Both the position numbers and the translations under genes were made by a program. A stretch of 63,425 nt of DNA, filler included, from a bacterium (GTDB taxonomy: Bacteria > JADJOY01): NCBI GenBank assembly GCA_046331705.1. It is 3 parts of 3 records of this genome, joined end to end, with 100 filler letters (N's around TTAATTAATTAA, not from the genome) between each part and the next. Parts side by side here need not be neighbours in the genome. Positions count along the whole stretch, not along the records: positions 1 to 22,464 come from JAXLQJ010000086.1; 2 more parts are not named here. The stretch is one strand, 5' to 3'. The notes beneath the pieces were generated by a model that worked only from the letters and a program-made list of their open reading frames with translations, was not told the DNA's origin and did not search any database. This document shows, piece after piece, positions 9,492 through 19,360 of the stretch (positions are counted from its first letter, which is position 1; each line of letters opens with the position of its first letter).

Positions 9492-11033
9492 TCAGTCTCG
9501 CGCTCGCGCGACGCGCAAGGCACCGAGGACGTGGGTGCGGAAACGCACCACCCTGCGCTCGTCGCCCACCTGACACACGACCCGCACGCCCACGTGCTTG
9601 GCGAACACGAGTCCCAGCACCGCCAGCGCGCCGATGACGGCAGCGGACGCGAGCGCGGTCCGATACGCGAGTCGCAGCGCCACGCCGAAATCCGGCCCCC
9701 ACGGGATCCAATCCGGCACGCGATAGCTCACGAGCGGCGCGGGCTTGAGCAAGACCAGCGCGGCGGCGATCCCGCCAGCCAAGAGCAGCGCCACGACGAA
9801 TCCGAGCCAGCCGAGCCGGATCTGCTGGATCGCCTGCGCGGGCAGGCGCAGCGCGCCGCGACGGCTCTCGAACCCGACGTCGCCGCCACGGAACGTCAGT
9901 CTTCCCACCCGCGACCCGCTCAGCGCTGGATCGCCACCGAGGTAGCGGGCCGCCACGGTGAGCGAGGCCTGCGAGCGCGCCGCGCCCCCGCTCTCGAGAA
10001 CGGCAGCCGGCGCGGAATCCAGCGAGGACGCGAGGGCGAGGTCCGTGGAACGCTCCTCGCCGAGCGCCGGCGCCTCGCTGGGCTCGGTCGACGACGGTGC
10101 CGCGCGCTTGGTGGATGCCCACGCGGCGCGCACGGATGCGAGCAGCGACGGCGCGGGCGCCGTTCCCTGTCCCCGCGCTGCGAGCTGATTCCGGTAATAC
10201 GGAGTCTCGATCGCACGGAAATAGACGAGCGTCGCGCCGATGCCGGCGAGCAGCACCACCATCACACCGAGCAGGCAGATCGCCGTGAGCCACATCGCGC
10301 CGGTCGTCGCCGCCAACGCTCCCAGCCCGAGCACCAGCACCGCGGCGACCACGGTCAACACCCGCCACCGCAGCAAGACCAGGAAGGTCAGCGACTCGCC
10401 GAGCGTCTCGAGTGTCTGCGCGTTGCGCTCCGGACGCGCCTTCGGAGCGCGATCGGGCGACGCCCCGCAGCGTGGGCAGGTCTCGTTCCTCGCGCGATCG
10501 AAGATCACGAAGCACGATGGGCATTTGAGATACGCGGCGCTCGGCGCGGAAGGCGCGTCCGCCTCGTCCACGCGAGCGGCGACTCCGGCGACCGGCGTCG
10601 CCTGGTCGCGTGCTCGCGGCGGCGGCGTCGCACGCACCGGCGTGGCCCGCGACGGCGGCCGGGGCGTCGTCGGCGACGCGCGGCGCGGCGCGGCGCTCGG
10701 CGCCTCCGACCCGCGCCCCGAAGGCGGCCGCGGCGTGGTGGGGGAGGCCGACGCGCCGCCGCTGGGATCCGCCAGCACGCTCGGGATGTCGATCTGCTCC
10801 TGCGTCGTGGGACAGCGGCTGCGCGCCTGGTCCGGAGGCGGTGGCGGCGCGGCCCCTTTCGCCGGCGGCCGCGCAGCGTGCTGGTGCGTGGGACAGAGCG
10901 CGTCGCGCCCGGACGGAAAGAAGCTCGACACGAACGGCCGTCCGCACTCGACGCCGCCGTCGTTGCCGGAGCAGAAGGCGACGTAGTGCTTCTTCCCGCA
11001 CGCGGGGCATTCGAAGAGGACGGGCATCCTCAT
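9492..11033 (-). CDS. Hypothetical membrane protein with two Cys-rich zinc-ribbon regions
   Basis: CPAC...C...C...CPTH at N-terminus, CPSC-x11-CPRC, Pro-rich linker, about 4 hydrophobic segments; tightly packed between fabD and the regulator. Confidence 0.65.
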   Translation of the reverse strand: MRMPVLFECPACGKKHYVAFCSGNDGGVECGRPFVSSFFPSGRDALCPTHQHAARPPAKGAAPPPPPDQARSRCPTTQEQIDIPSVLADPSGGASASPTTPRPPSGRGSEAPSAAPRRASPTTPRPPSRATPVRATPPPRARDQATPVAGVAARVDEADAPSAPSAAYLKCPSCFVIFDRARNETCPRCGASPDRAPKARPERNAQTLETLGESLTFLVLLRWRVLTVVAAVLVLGLGALAATTGAMWLTAICLLGVMVVLLAGIGATLVYFRAIETPYYRNQLAARGQGTAPAPSLLASVRAAWASTKRAAPSSTEPSEAPALGEERSTDLALASSLDSAPAAVLESGGAARSQASLTVAARYLGGDPALSGSRVGRLTFRGGDVGFESRRGALRLPAQAIQQIRLGWLGFVVALLLAGGIAAALVLLKPAPLVSYRVPDWIPWGPDFGVALRLAYRTALASAAVIGALAVLGLVFAKHVGVRVVCQVGDERRVVRFRTHVLGALRVARARD

Positions 11034-11075
11034 TCAGACCACCTCCTCACGACGATGCGACCCGCGCTGCGCCGC

Positions 11076-12026
11076 TCACGCGGCCGCCGCGAGCTCGCGC
11101 ACCACGTGCACCAGCCCCTCGGAGCCGTCGGCGCTCAGGAACGAAGCATCGCGGACGATGCGTCGCGAGAGCTTGGTGAGCACGTCGCCGGGACCGACCT
11201 CGACGAAGCGGCGGATCCCCGACCGCTCCATGCAGGCCAGGCATTCTCCCCAACGCACCGGATGGGTCACCTGCAGCGCCAGGAACTCGCGCGCAGCCGC
11301 GCCGCTGCGCACCGGCTCGGCGGTGACGTTGGTCACGACCGGAAACCGCAAGGCATCGGCGAACGCCACCTCGGCGAGGGCATCGCTGAACGCGTCGGCC
11401 GCCGGCCGCATCAGCTCGCAATGAAAGGGCGCGCTCACGGGGATCTCACGTCCGGCGACTCCGAGCGATCTCGCGACCACCAGCGCGCGACGCACCGCGG
11501 CGGCGGCGCCGCTCAGGACCGTCTGATCGGGACCGTTGAAGTTCGCCGCCACCACCAGGCCCAGCTCCGGCTCGACGCCCGCGACGATGGCGCCGAGCGT
11601 CTGCGCGTCGCCGGTGCGGAGCGCCGCCATCGCGCCCTCGCCCACCGGCACCGCCTGTTGCATGAGCTTGCCGCGCAATCGCACCAGTCGCAGCGCATCC
11701 TCGAAGGCGAGCGCGTCGGCCAGCGTGAGCGCGGTGATCTCGCCCAGGCTGTGTCCCGCCGCCATCGTTACCTCGAGGCCGCTCGCTTCCAGCAACCGCC
11801 CGGCGACGTAGCCCACCAGCAGCAACGCCGGCTGGGCGTTCTCCGTGAGCCGCAACGCCTCCTCGGGTCCCTCGAGGCAGAGCCGGCTCAGCGACTCGCC
11901 GAGCGCCTGGTCCGCACGCTCGAACCATTCACGCGCTTGCGGATGATCGGCCAAGAGGCGGGCGCCCATCCCGACGCGCTGCGATCCTTGGCCGGGACAG
12001 AGCAATCCCAGCGTTCCCTGACCCAC
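11076..12026 (-). CDS. fabD: Malonyl-CoA:ACP transacylase
   Basis: PGQGSQ, TENAQPAL, GHSLGE nucleophile motif, ANFNGPDQTVLSG, VSAPFHC, EVGPG. Confidence 0.95.
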   Translation of the reverse strand: MGQGTLGLLCPGQGSQRVGMGARLLADHPQAREWFERADQALGESLSRLCLEGPEEALRLTENAQPALLLVGYVAGRLLEASGLEVTMAAGHSLGEITALTLADALAFEDALRLVRLRGKLMQQAVPVGEGAMAALRTGDAQTLGAIVAGVEPELGLVVAANFNGPDQTVLSGAAAAVRRALVVARSLGVAGREIPVSAPFHCELMRPAADAFSDALAEVAFADALRFPVVTNVTAEPVRSGAAAREFLALQVTHPVRWGECLACMERSGIRRFVEVGPGDVLTKLSRRIVRDASFLSADGSEGLVHVVRELAAAA

Positions 12027-12160
12027 GAAGCTCTCCCCGTCGACTCGACCCGATGGAACGGCGCGCGATTATACCCATCTTTGTCCGTGCGCCGTTCGCG
12101 GGCCGTATCGCGCCGCGCGTCGCGCCGGACGCACGCGCGTCTGCTATATCGGCCGCGGTC

Positions 12161-12853
12161 ATGAGATCCGCGCGCCGACCCGCATTCCCGACGAGCGCGG
12201 CTCGCCTGCTCCGCGCGTGGCTCGCGCTGAGCGCGCTGCTCGCGTGCGGCGCCCGCTGCGCGCCCGCGCTCGCGCCGGGAGTGCGCACGCAAGCGATCGT
12301 GGTGCTGCCGCCAACGTCCACGCGTCTCGATCCGCTGGTGCCCCAAGCCGGCTCCACCACGCGCGAAGCGGATCGCCGCTTGCTGGTCGAGGTCGTCGAG
12401 TCGGTGGCGCCGCTCGCCGTCCACGATCGCTTGGTGGCGCGCGGGGTGCGCGTGGTGGTGGTGCGCCGCGAGGACCTCACCTCGGCGGCGACCGAGTCGC
12501 TCGACGACATCGAGCAACGCCTGAGCTACGCCGGCTTGGCGCGGGCGCACGGCGCGGACCGCGTCCTCAGGATCGGCTTCGACGGCTCGCTTTATCGCGG
12601 TGCCGGATCGGTCGAGGTGCTGGGCGGGCTGATCGCTTTCGACTACCCGTCCGACACCAGCTGGCTCGAGCTCGAGCTCAGCGCCACGCTCGTCGATCCG
12701 GCGAACCCGGAGAGCACCCAGTCGTTTTCCGTGGCCGGGAAACGTCACACCGACGTGCGCAGCCTGGTCGGCGGCGTGACCGACCGCGACCGGCTCACCG
12801 CGCTCACGCGGGACCTCGTCGACGAGCTCGTGGATCGAATGCTGGGGCCGTGA
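12161..12853 (+). CDS. Hypothetical lipoprotein/secreted protein
   Basis: Basic N-terminus, hydrophobic stretch and LLAC lipobox-like site; start uncertain. Confidence 0.55.
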   Translation: MRSARRPAFPTSAARLLRAWLALSALLACGARCAPALAPGVRTQAIVVLPPTSTRLDPLVPQAGSTTREADRRLLVEVVESVAPLAVHDRLVARGVRVVVVRREDLTSAATESLDDIEQRLSYAGLARAHGADRVLRIGFDGSLYRGAGSVEVLGGLIAFDYPSDTSWLELELSATLVDPANPESTQSFSVAGKRHTDVRSLVGGVTDRDRLTALTRDLVDELVDRMLGP

Positions 12854-12889
12854 CCGGCCCGCTCGCGCTCCGCGAGCATCGAGGTTCCG

Positions 12890-13882
12890 TCACGCGACGC
12901 GCGCGGCGTCGAGACTCGCGACGCTGTCGCGCATCGTCTCGGCGATGGGCCGGGGACGGATGCCGAGCGCCGCGTGGGCCGCGCTGCTGTCGTAGAACGC
13001 GTAGCGGCCGAAGTGGAGGTCGACGAAGTTCCGATCCAGCGGCGCGCTGCGGCCGGCGACCAGCCACACGACCTCGAGCGCTCCGAACGCCGCGAGCGCC
13101 AGTCCGCGAGGCACGGCCAGGTGCAGGTGTCGAGCACCGATCGCGTCGGCGATCGCGCGATAGAACGCCTTGTACGTGAGATCGTGCCCGCCCACCACGT
13201 AGCGTGCGCCGTCGACGCCGACCTCCGCCGCGCTCACGACCGCCTGCGCCGCGTCGCGCACGTCGATCACGTTGAGCCCGCCGTGGGCGAAGAGCCCGAG
13301 ACGGAATCGGGCGTAGGCCCGCACCAGCTTGAGGTCGCGCGCCGGCTCCGGGGAGCCGGGGCCGAGCATTCGCGTCGGCAGCACGCGAACCAGCGTGACT
13401 CCCCGCGCTTTCGCCTCCCGCGCGAGCCATTGCTCGGATTCCACGTACGCGCGCACCCGCGCGTCGCTCTTGCCGAGCGTCCAATCGTGCTCGCTGCAGC
13501 GGCCGGTCTTGAGGACGGAGGACCCGACGGCGAGCGCCGATCCCACCCAGACCAGCCGGCGCGCGCCGCTTTGCGCCGCCGCCTCGAGCGCGAGGCGCGC
13601 GCGCTGCAGGCTCGCCTCGACCTGCGGCACCACGCGCGGCGGCGCGACGCGCGAGAGCGGCTCGGCCGAGACCACCGCATCGGCCTGGCTGGCGGCGCGC
13701 AGCAACGCGGCGCGCTGGCTCGCATCGCCAGCTGCCAGCTCCAAGAGGTCCGGATCACCGGCCCCGGGGCGGCGCGTGACCAGCTCGGCGGCGCGCGCCT
13801 GGACCTCGTGACCACGGCGCGCCGCTTCGGCCACCACGTGCTGACCGAGGAAGGTGTTGCTGCCGAGCACCAGGAATCTCAT
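12890..13882 (-). CDS. NAD-dependent epimerase/dehydratase (HpnA/DFR-like extended SDR) with degenerate motifs
   Basis: MRFLVLGSNTFLGQHVV, LPTRMLGPG, GGLNVIDVRDAAQA, GARYVVGG, DSSAAHAALG; no YxxxK motif. Confidence 0.8.
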   Translation of the reverse strand: MRFLVLGSNTFLGQHVVAEAARRGHEVQARAAELVTRRPGAGDPDLLELAAGDASQRAALLRAASQADAVVSAEPLSRVAPPRVVPQVEASLQRARLALEAAAQSGARRLVWVGSALAVGSSVLKTGRCSEHDWTLGKSDARVRAYVESEQWLAREAKARGVTLVRVLPTRMLGPGSPEPARDLKLVRAYARFRLGLFAHGGLNVIDVRDAAQAVVSAAEVGVDGARYVVGGHDLTYKAFYRAIADAIGARHLHLAVPRGLALAAFGALEVVWLVAGRSAPLDRNFVDLHFGRYAFYDSSAAHAALGIRPRPIAETMRDSVASLDAARVA

Positions 13883-13890
13883 GCGCGCTC

Positions 13891-14961
13891 TCAGTGGGTC
13901 GCCGAAGGCTCGCGAAGCCAGAGGTCGACGTGGTTGGAGGCGGCGTGCTGGGCATAGCCGAAGCCGAGGCCGTCGAGCGCGACCTCGTGATGGCGAAAAC
14001 CCTTCACTCGGCTCGGATCCGCGCCTTCGCCGGCGAGCTCGCCGTCCTCGACGATCGCGCGGGCGTTTCCCAGCACCAGCGCGCGCACTCGGGAAAAGCC
14101 GGGCTCGACGATCAGATTGCTCCCCGCCTTGATCAAGACCCCGTCGGGCTTGGCGAGCGCGACGTGCTTCGCCAGGCCCCCGTCCTGGGGAAACCGCTCG
14201 TCCGCCAGGTTGGCGGTGAAATACTCGTACACGCGACGCGACCCCGCGCGATCGCGAAACACGATCTCGAGCCCCGCGCCGCCGCTCGGTGCCGGGACGA
14301 CCGCGCCTTCCGCATCCAGGGCGATGGGCCGCACGCGCTCGATCGTGGCGCCGAGATCGTGAATGGCCTCGAGTAGCACCACGTGCGAGACCGGCACCGA
14401 GGGAAACGGCTCCTCCACCGTGAAGTAGCCCACACCGTAAAACGACAGCAACGCCGTCAGCGCGAGTCGGACCGAGCTCGGCTCGCTCAGCTCCTCCGCG
14501 CGCTCGGGAAAGACCACGGCCTTCTCGTGCGGATCCACGGCGAAGCTCGCCGGCGCGCCCACGGACTCGAGCGCCACGGCGATCACGCGCTCGGCGTCCG
14601 GGAACACCGTGAACGGCGTGGTCAGATCGGGACCGCCGAAGGGATAGAAGACCGTGCGCACCGCCCCCGCCTCGCGGCGCACCGCTTCCGCGATGCGGCG
14701 GTGGGAGCCGTCGAGGAAGCGCGCCGAGTACCAGTCTCGATTGGTCGCCAGGTGGCGGCAGCGCAGCGCGTAGCCATCGAGCGGCACGCCCGAGAAGGCG
14801 CTCGGCGCATCCGCGCAGAGCCCGCGGAAGCGCGCCTCGATGGGCGGAGAGAAATAGTCGCTCGCGTCCGCACGCGCCGCCCGCGCGGACGCCACGCCGA
14901 GCACGAGCAAGGCCGCGACCGCGCCGCGGGCCGCCGAGCGCCGCGAGCGCGGCGCCATCAT
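13891..14961 (-). CDS. Secreted hypothetical protein (YPFGGPD motif)
   Basis: ATGA overlap with kinase stop; signal peptide; globular body TVFYPFGGPDL...ALESVG...YEYFTANLAD...LIKAGS. Confidence 0.7.
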   Translation of the reverse strand: MMAPRSRRSAARGAVAALLVLGVASARAARADASDYFSPPIEARFRGLCADAPSAFSGVPLDGYALRCRHLATNRDWYSARFLDGSHRRIAEAVRREAGAVRTVFYPFGGPDLTTPFTVFPDAERVIAVALESVGAPASFAVDPHEKAVVFPERAEELSEPSSVRLALTALLSFYGVGYFTVEEPFPSVPVSHVVLLEAIHDLGATIERVRPIALDAEGAVVPAPSGGAGLEIVFRDRAGSRRVYEYFTANLADERFPQDGGLAKHVALAKPDGVLIKAGSNLIVEPGFSRVRALVLGNARAIVEDGELAGEGADPSRVKGFRHHEVALDGLGFGYAQHAASNHVDLWLREPSATH

Positions 14962-16583
14962 GCGCGCGCCTCGCTGGCGATGGCCTCGATGCAGGCGCGC
15001 ACGCTGTCCGCGCCGATCGGCTTCTTGAGGAAATGGCAGCGGCCGATGAAGGCCGCCACGTCGCGGTGCCCTTCGCGATCGGACATGAGCACCAGCGGCA
15101 CGTCCTTCGTGCGCGCGCTGCTGCGCAGGATCTGCGCCGCCTCCAAGCCGTCGATGTTGGGAAGGATGGCGCTCGACAGCACCACGTCGGCACCCTTCTC
15201 GAGCGCGAGCTCGACGAGCTTGTAGCCGTCCTGGACGCGCACCACCTCGAATCCTTGCGCCTCGAGGGCGAGCTGCACCACGCGCGCCGAGGCGTCGTCC
15301 CGGTCCGCCACCAACGCGCGCCGGCGCAACGGCGCGGCGCTCGCGGCGGCGGCCGGGGCGCTCGCGCGCACGGCGAGCAACGCGCGGCGCAGCGCCTCGG
15401 CGTCGGGGTAACGATCGGCGGGATCGGGCGCCAGGCATTGCTGCACCACGCGCTCCAGCGACGCGCTGACCTCGGGCCGCAGGGCGCGCGGCGACGGCAC
15501 GTGGGAGTGGATCTGCTGCTCGACGATGCCGCGAATGCTGTCGGCGTCGAGCAGCAAGCGGCCCGTGAGCGCCTCGAACAAGACGCAGCCGAGCGAGTAG
15601 ACGTCGCCGCGCGGCGTGACGCTCGCGCCCACGAGCTGCTCGGGCGCGCTGTACGCCGGGGTGCCGAGGAAATCTCCGGCGCGGGTGATGCGCATGTCCT
15701 CGCGGGCACGCGCGATGCCGAAGTCGAGCACCTTCACGCGGCCCTCGGGCGTGACCATCAGGTTCGAGGGCTTCAAGTCACGGTGGACGATGCCCTGCTT
15801 GTGCGCAGCCGCGACACCTTCGGTCGCGTCGATCATGAGATCGAGGACGTGACGCTCGGTCAGCCAGCCGCGATCGACGATGAGCCGGCTGAGCTGGATC
15901 CCGGGGATGAACTCCATGCTGATGAACGGCCGTCGCCCCAACATGCCGGAGCCGTAGATCCGCGCCACGTGATCGCTCTCGACGAGCCCCAGGAGCCGCT
16001 CCTCGCGCCGCAGGCGGCCCAGGAACTCGTCGTCGTGGACGTAGTGCGCCTTGAGCACCTTGAGCGCGACCGTGAGGCCGAGGCTCGCGTCGTACGCCTT
16101 GAAGACCTCGCTGGTGGCACCCGAGCCGATCAGCCCGATCAGCTCGTAGCGGCGGGCTTCCTCGAGGCCGACGACGTCGCGCGTCTGCAGCTCGTCCTGA
16201 TAGATGGTGCGAACGGCGCTCGAGAAGACCCACTGGCGGATCTTGTCCTGGTCCTCGGCGGTGATGTTGAGAAAGCGCACTCCCACGCCGCGCGGCTGCC
16301 GCTCGCCGGCGGTGCCGATCTCGCGCCGCACCACCTCGCCGCGCAGCACCAGCATGTCCTTGCCGATCTCCTCGGCGAGCGAGAGCTTGAGCTCGACGAC
16401 GCCGCCGAGCGGCGGGAGCTGCTCGGTGGCCAGGAACATGCCGTTGGCGCTGATGTTGATGGCCTCGCCGACGCCCAGCTCGTCGCCGCAACGAAAGGCG
16501 ACGACCGTGCGCAGGAAGGCACGGACCTCGAGGTTGGGGTCCAGCCTCGCGAGCGAGGCGGTGGTGGGCTCGCGAACCGCCAT
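14958..16583 (-). CDS. PilZ domain - Hanks-type Ser/Thr kinase - receiver-like domain fusion
   Basis: PilZ NISANGMFL...GEVVR...GVGVRF; kinase IGSGATSEVF, VALKVL, HRDLKPSN, DFGIA, GTPAYSAPEQ, DVYSLG; C-terminal REC-like ALVADRD...VVLSSAILPNIDG...FLKKP. Confidence 0.9.
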   Translation of the reverse strand: MAVREPTTASLARLDPNLEVRAFLRTVVAFRCGDELGVGEAINISANGMFLATEQLPPLGGVVELKLSLAEEIGKDMLVLRGEVVRREIGTAGERQPRGVGVRFLNITAEDQDKIRQWVFSSAVRTIYQDELQTRDVVGLEEARRYELIGLIGSGATSEVFKAYDASLGLTVALKVLKAHYVHDDEFLGRLRREERLLGLVESDHVARIYGSGMLGRRPFISMEFIPGIQLSRLIVDRGWLTERHVLDLMIDATEGVAAAHKQGIVHRDLKPSNLMVTPEGRVKVLDFGIARAREDMRITRAGDFLGTPAYSAPEQLVGASVTPRGDVYSLGCVLFEALTGRLLLDADSIRGIVEQQIHSHVPSPRALRPEVSASLERVVQQCLAPDPADRYPDAEALRRALLAVRASAPAAAASAAPLRRRALVADRDDASARVVQLALEAQGFEVVRVQDGYKLVELALEKGADVVLSSAILPNIDGLEAAQILRSSARTKDVPLVLMSDREGHRDVAAFIGRCHFLKKPIGADSVRACIEAIASEARA

Positions 16584-16648
16584 CCGGTGACTCCGCCGCG
16601 GCTATCCGCGCCTCGCGCGGCGGCCGCGCGAGGAGGGGACCCGCGCGC

Positions 16649-17476
16649 TCACGCCTTGCGCAGGTGCTCGCACAGCGGCGCCACCACCTCGATGATCCGC
16701 TCGTGCGCCATGCCGTTCGAGGCCACGACACCCGTGCGATTCTCGACGTCGGCCTCGCGATAGCGCAGCGGCGCGCCGAAGACGTCGGTGATCCGGCCGC
16801 CCGCCGCGTGCACGATCGCCTCGGGAGCGCAGGTATCCCAGTCCTTGGTGCCCGCCGAGGGGTGCAAGTAGAGGTCGGCGCGCTGGGTCGCGATCATGCC
16901 GATCTTGAGCCCGACGCTGCCGGACGGCGTCTCGTGGGTGATCGAGAGCTGCTTGCAGATCTCGTCGACGATCTTCGGCTTGTGGGAGCGGCTGACCGCG
17001 AGCTTCATCTTGGCGGTGTCGGTCTCGCGGCTGGCGGCGAGCGGCACCCGCTCGCCCGGCACCCGCTCCACCCACGCGCCGTGACCCACCGCGCCGAGGT
17101 AGAGGATGTCGCCGTCGGGCTGGTACACCGCGCCCACCGCAGGCCGCCCGTCCACGGCGAGGCCGATCATCACCGCGAACTCACCGTTGCGCGCGATGAA
17201 CTCCTTGGTGCCGTCGAGCGGGTCGATCATCCACACGCGGTGCGCCTCGAACCGATCGTCGCCGGGAGGCGACTCCTCCGCCAGCACCGCATCCTGCGGA
17301 TAGCGCTCCTGGATCTTCTCCACGATCAGGTTGTTCGCCGCGTGATCCGCTTCCGTGACCGGCTCGCCGCCGTGCTTGCGCTCGACCAGCACCGACGGGT
17401 GATAGAAGCGCATCGCGACCGCGCCCGCCTCTCGCGCGATCCGTGCGGCGAACTCCAGCTCCTCGACCAGGCTCAT
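16649..17476 (-). CDS. cysQ: 3'(2'),5'-bisphosphate nucleotidase / inositol monophosphatase family
   Basis: PVTEAD, LAEE, WMIDPLDGTKEF, VSRSH, GSVGLK, WDTCAPEAIVHAAGG. Confidence 0.88.
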   Translation of the reverse strand: MSLVEELEFAARIAREAGAVAMRFYHPSVLVERKHGGEPVTEADHAANNLIVEKIQERYPQDAVLAEESPPGDDRFEAHRVWMIDPLDGTKEFIARNGEFAVMIGLAVDGRPAVGAVYQPDGDILYLGAVGHGAWVERVPGERVPLAASRETDTAKMKLAVSRSHKPKIVDEICKQLSITHETPSGSVGLKIGMIATQRADLYLHPSAGTKDWDTCAPEAIVHAAGGRITDVFGAPLRYREADVENRTGVVASNGMAHERIIEVVAPLCEHLRKA

Positions 17477-17669
17477 GCGCTCCCGTCCTTTCGTGCTGTC
17501 GTGCGCCGCGCGCCCCGCGGGCACGCGCGCCGTCATCCCACGTCGAGGCCGCAAACTGCCTGACGCTCGCCCTCGCATTCAAGCGTCGCGACGGCATCCC
17601 CCGCGCGGTGGTTATCCTGCGCGCCCTGCCCTTCCCCGCCCTTCCGTCCCATCCACGGAGAACCCGCGA

Positions 17670-18752
17670 ATGTCACGCGAGCTGCCTCTGAACGCGGTGC
17701 ATGCCGCCGCCGGCGCCACCTTCGAGGAGCGCGCCGGCTTCCGAATCCCGCGCCACCACGGCGATCCCGCCGCCGAGGTCGCGGAGTTGCGCAGCGGCGC
17801 CGGCCTCCTCGACCTCAGCGATCGCGGCCGGATCCGCGTCACCGGCAGCGAGCGAGCGACGTTCCTGCAGGGCCAGCTCTCGAACGACGTGCTCAAGACC
17901 GGGGCAGGACGCGGCTGCCACGCCACGCTGCTGACGCGCACGGGAAAGCTGGTCTCCGATCTGCACCTGTGGTGCGGAGAGGACACGCACTGGCTCGACA
18001 CCGAGCCCGAGCGCACCGAGATCACGCTCGCGACCCTCGATCGGTTCCTGATCTCCGAGGACGCGGCGCTCGAGGACTGCTCGGCGGAGACGGCGCACGT
18101 GGCAATCGCGGGACCGCGGGCCGCCGCCGTGGCCGATGCCGCGCTCGCGGGCGCCGCGAGCTCGCTCGAGCCGCTGGCGTGGCGCGCGCTCGCCGACGGC
18201 ACGCACCTGGCGCGGCGCCGTGCCGCCGGCGAGGACCTCTTCGAGGCCTGGGTACCGGTCGCGAACGCCGCTGCCCTCTGGCACACGCTGCACGCAGCCG
18301 GCGCCACCGCGCTGGGTCGCGAGGCGTGGGATCTGGCGACGCTGGAAGCAGGAGAAGCGCGTTGGGGTGTCGACGTCGACGACACCCACCTGCCCCTCGA
18401 GGCGAATCTCGGGGACGCGATCAGTTACACGAAAGGCTGCTACGTGGGGCAGGAAGTGATCGCGAAGGCCACCCATCTGGGCCGCATCAGCAAGCGCTTG
18501 GTGGGAATCGTGCCGAGCGCGGCGAGCGTGCCGTTCGACGCCGGCGCCACCGTCGAGATCGCCGGCGAGACCGAACCGGTGGGACGGGTGACGCGCAGCG
18601 CGCTCTCGCCCACCCTCGCGCGACCGATCGCCCTCGCCTACCTCAAGTGGAAATACCTCGAGCCCGGCACCGAGGTGCTGGTTCGCGACGGCCGCGGCGA
18701 GGCGGTCGCCGCACGGGTGGTCAAGCTACCGTTCCTCGAGAGCTTGCGATGA
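17670..18752 (+). CDS. YgfZ/GcvT-family folate-binding protein
   Basis: DLSDRGRIRVTG, FLQGQLSND, ISYTKGCYVGQEVIA (YgfZ signature). Confidence 0.9.
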   Translation: MSRELPLNAVHAAAGATFEERAGFRIPRHHGDPAAEVAELRSGAGLLDLSDRGRIRVTGSERATFLQGQLSNDVLKTGAGRGCHATLLTRTGKLVSDLHLWCGEDTHWLDTEPERTEITLATLDRFLISEDAALEDCSAETAHVAIAGPRAAAVADAALAGAASSLEPLAWRALADGTHLARRRAAGEDLFEAWVPVANAAALWHTLHAAGATALGREAWDLATLEAGEARWGVDVDDTHLPLEANLGDAISYTKGCYVGQEVIAKATHLGRISKRLVGIVPSAASVPFDAGATVEIAGETEPVGRVTRSALSPTLARPIALAYLKWKYLEPGTEVLVRDGRGEAVAARVVKLPFLESLR

Positions 18753-19297
18753 CCGCGCCGCGCGTGCTGGTGCCGCTCGCCGCGGGAGTCGAGGAGATCG
18801 AAGCGGTCACGATCATCGACGTGCTGCGGCGCGCGGGAGTCGAGGTGGTCGTGGCCGGCCTGGAAGCAGGTGTGATCACGGCGTCTCGTGGCGTGAAGCT
18901 GGTGGCGGACGTCGATGTCGCGGCGGTGAGCGACACGGCGTTCGACGCGGTGATCCTTCCCGGGGGGCTCGGCGGCACCCAGCGGCTTCGCGCCGATCCG
19001 CGCATCCGTTCGATCCTCGTGCGGGCTCGGCACGCCGGATCGCTGATCGCGGCGATCTGTGCCGCGCCCACGGTGCTCGCCGACGCCGGCCTGCTGGCGG
19101 GCAAGCGCGCCACCGCTCACCCCTCGGTGATCGACGTGCTGGCCGGAGCCAACACCAGCGACGAGCGCGTCGTCGTCGACGACGGCATCGTGACCAGCCG
19201 CGGCGCGGGAACCGCGATGGACTTCGCGCTGGCGCTGGTGCGGATGATGGTCGGCGAGGCGAAAGAGGCCGAGCTGCGCGCCGCGATGGTCGTGTGA
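18749..19297 (+). CDS. DJ-1/YajL/PfpI family protein
   Basis: GVEEIEAVTIIDVLRRAG, ILPGGLGG, AAICAAP catalytic Cys, TSRGAGTAMDFAL; ATGA overlap. Confidence 0.92.
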   Translation: MTAPRVLVPLAAGVEEIEAVTIIDVLRRAGVEVVVAGLEAGVITASRGVKLVADVDVAAVSDTAFDAVILPGGLGGTQRLRADPRIRSILVRARHAGSLIAAICAAPTVLADAGLLAGKRATAHPSVIDVLAGANTSDERVVVDDGIVTSRGAGTAMDFALALVRMMVGEAKEAELRAAMVV

Positions 19298-19360
19298 GGA
19301 GCGCCCGACGGCGCGCGCGCCGGGGACGCACGGGCGCGCGTTCGCGTCGGCAGGAAGAGC

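Noticed and set aside
12890-15709. 939-aa ORF and many other long Arg/Ala/Pro-rich overlapping ORFs
   Set aside because: Stop-poor alternative frames expected in very high-GC DNA; they overlap genes with clear motifs.
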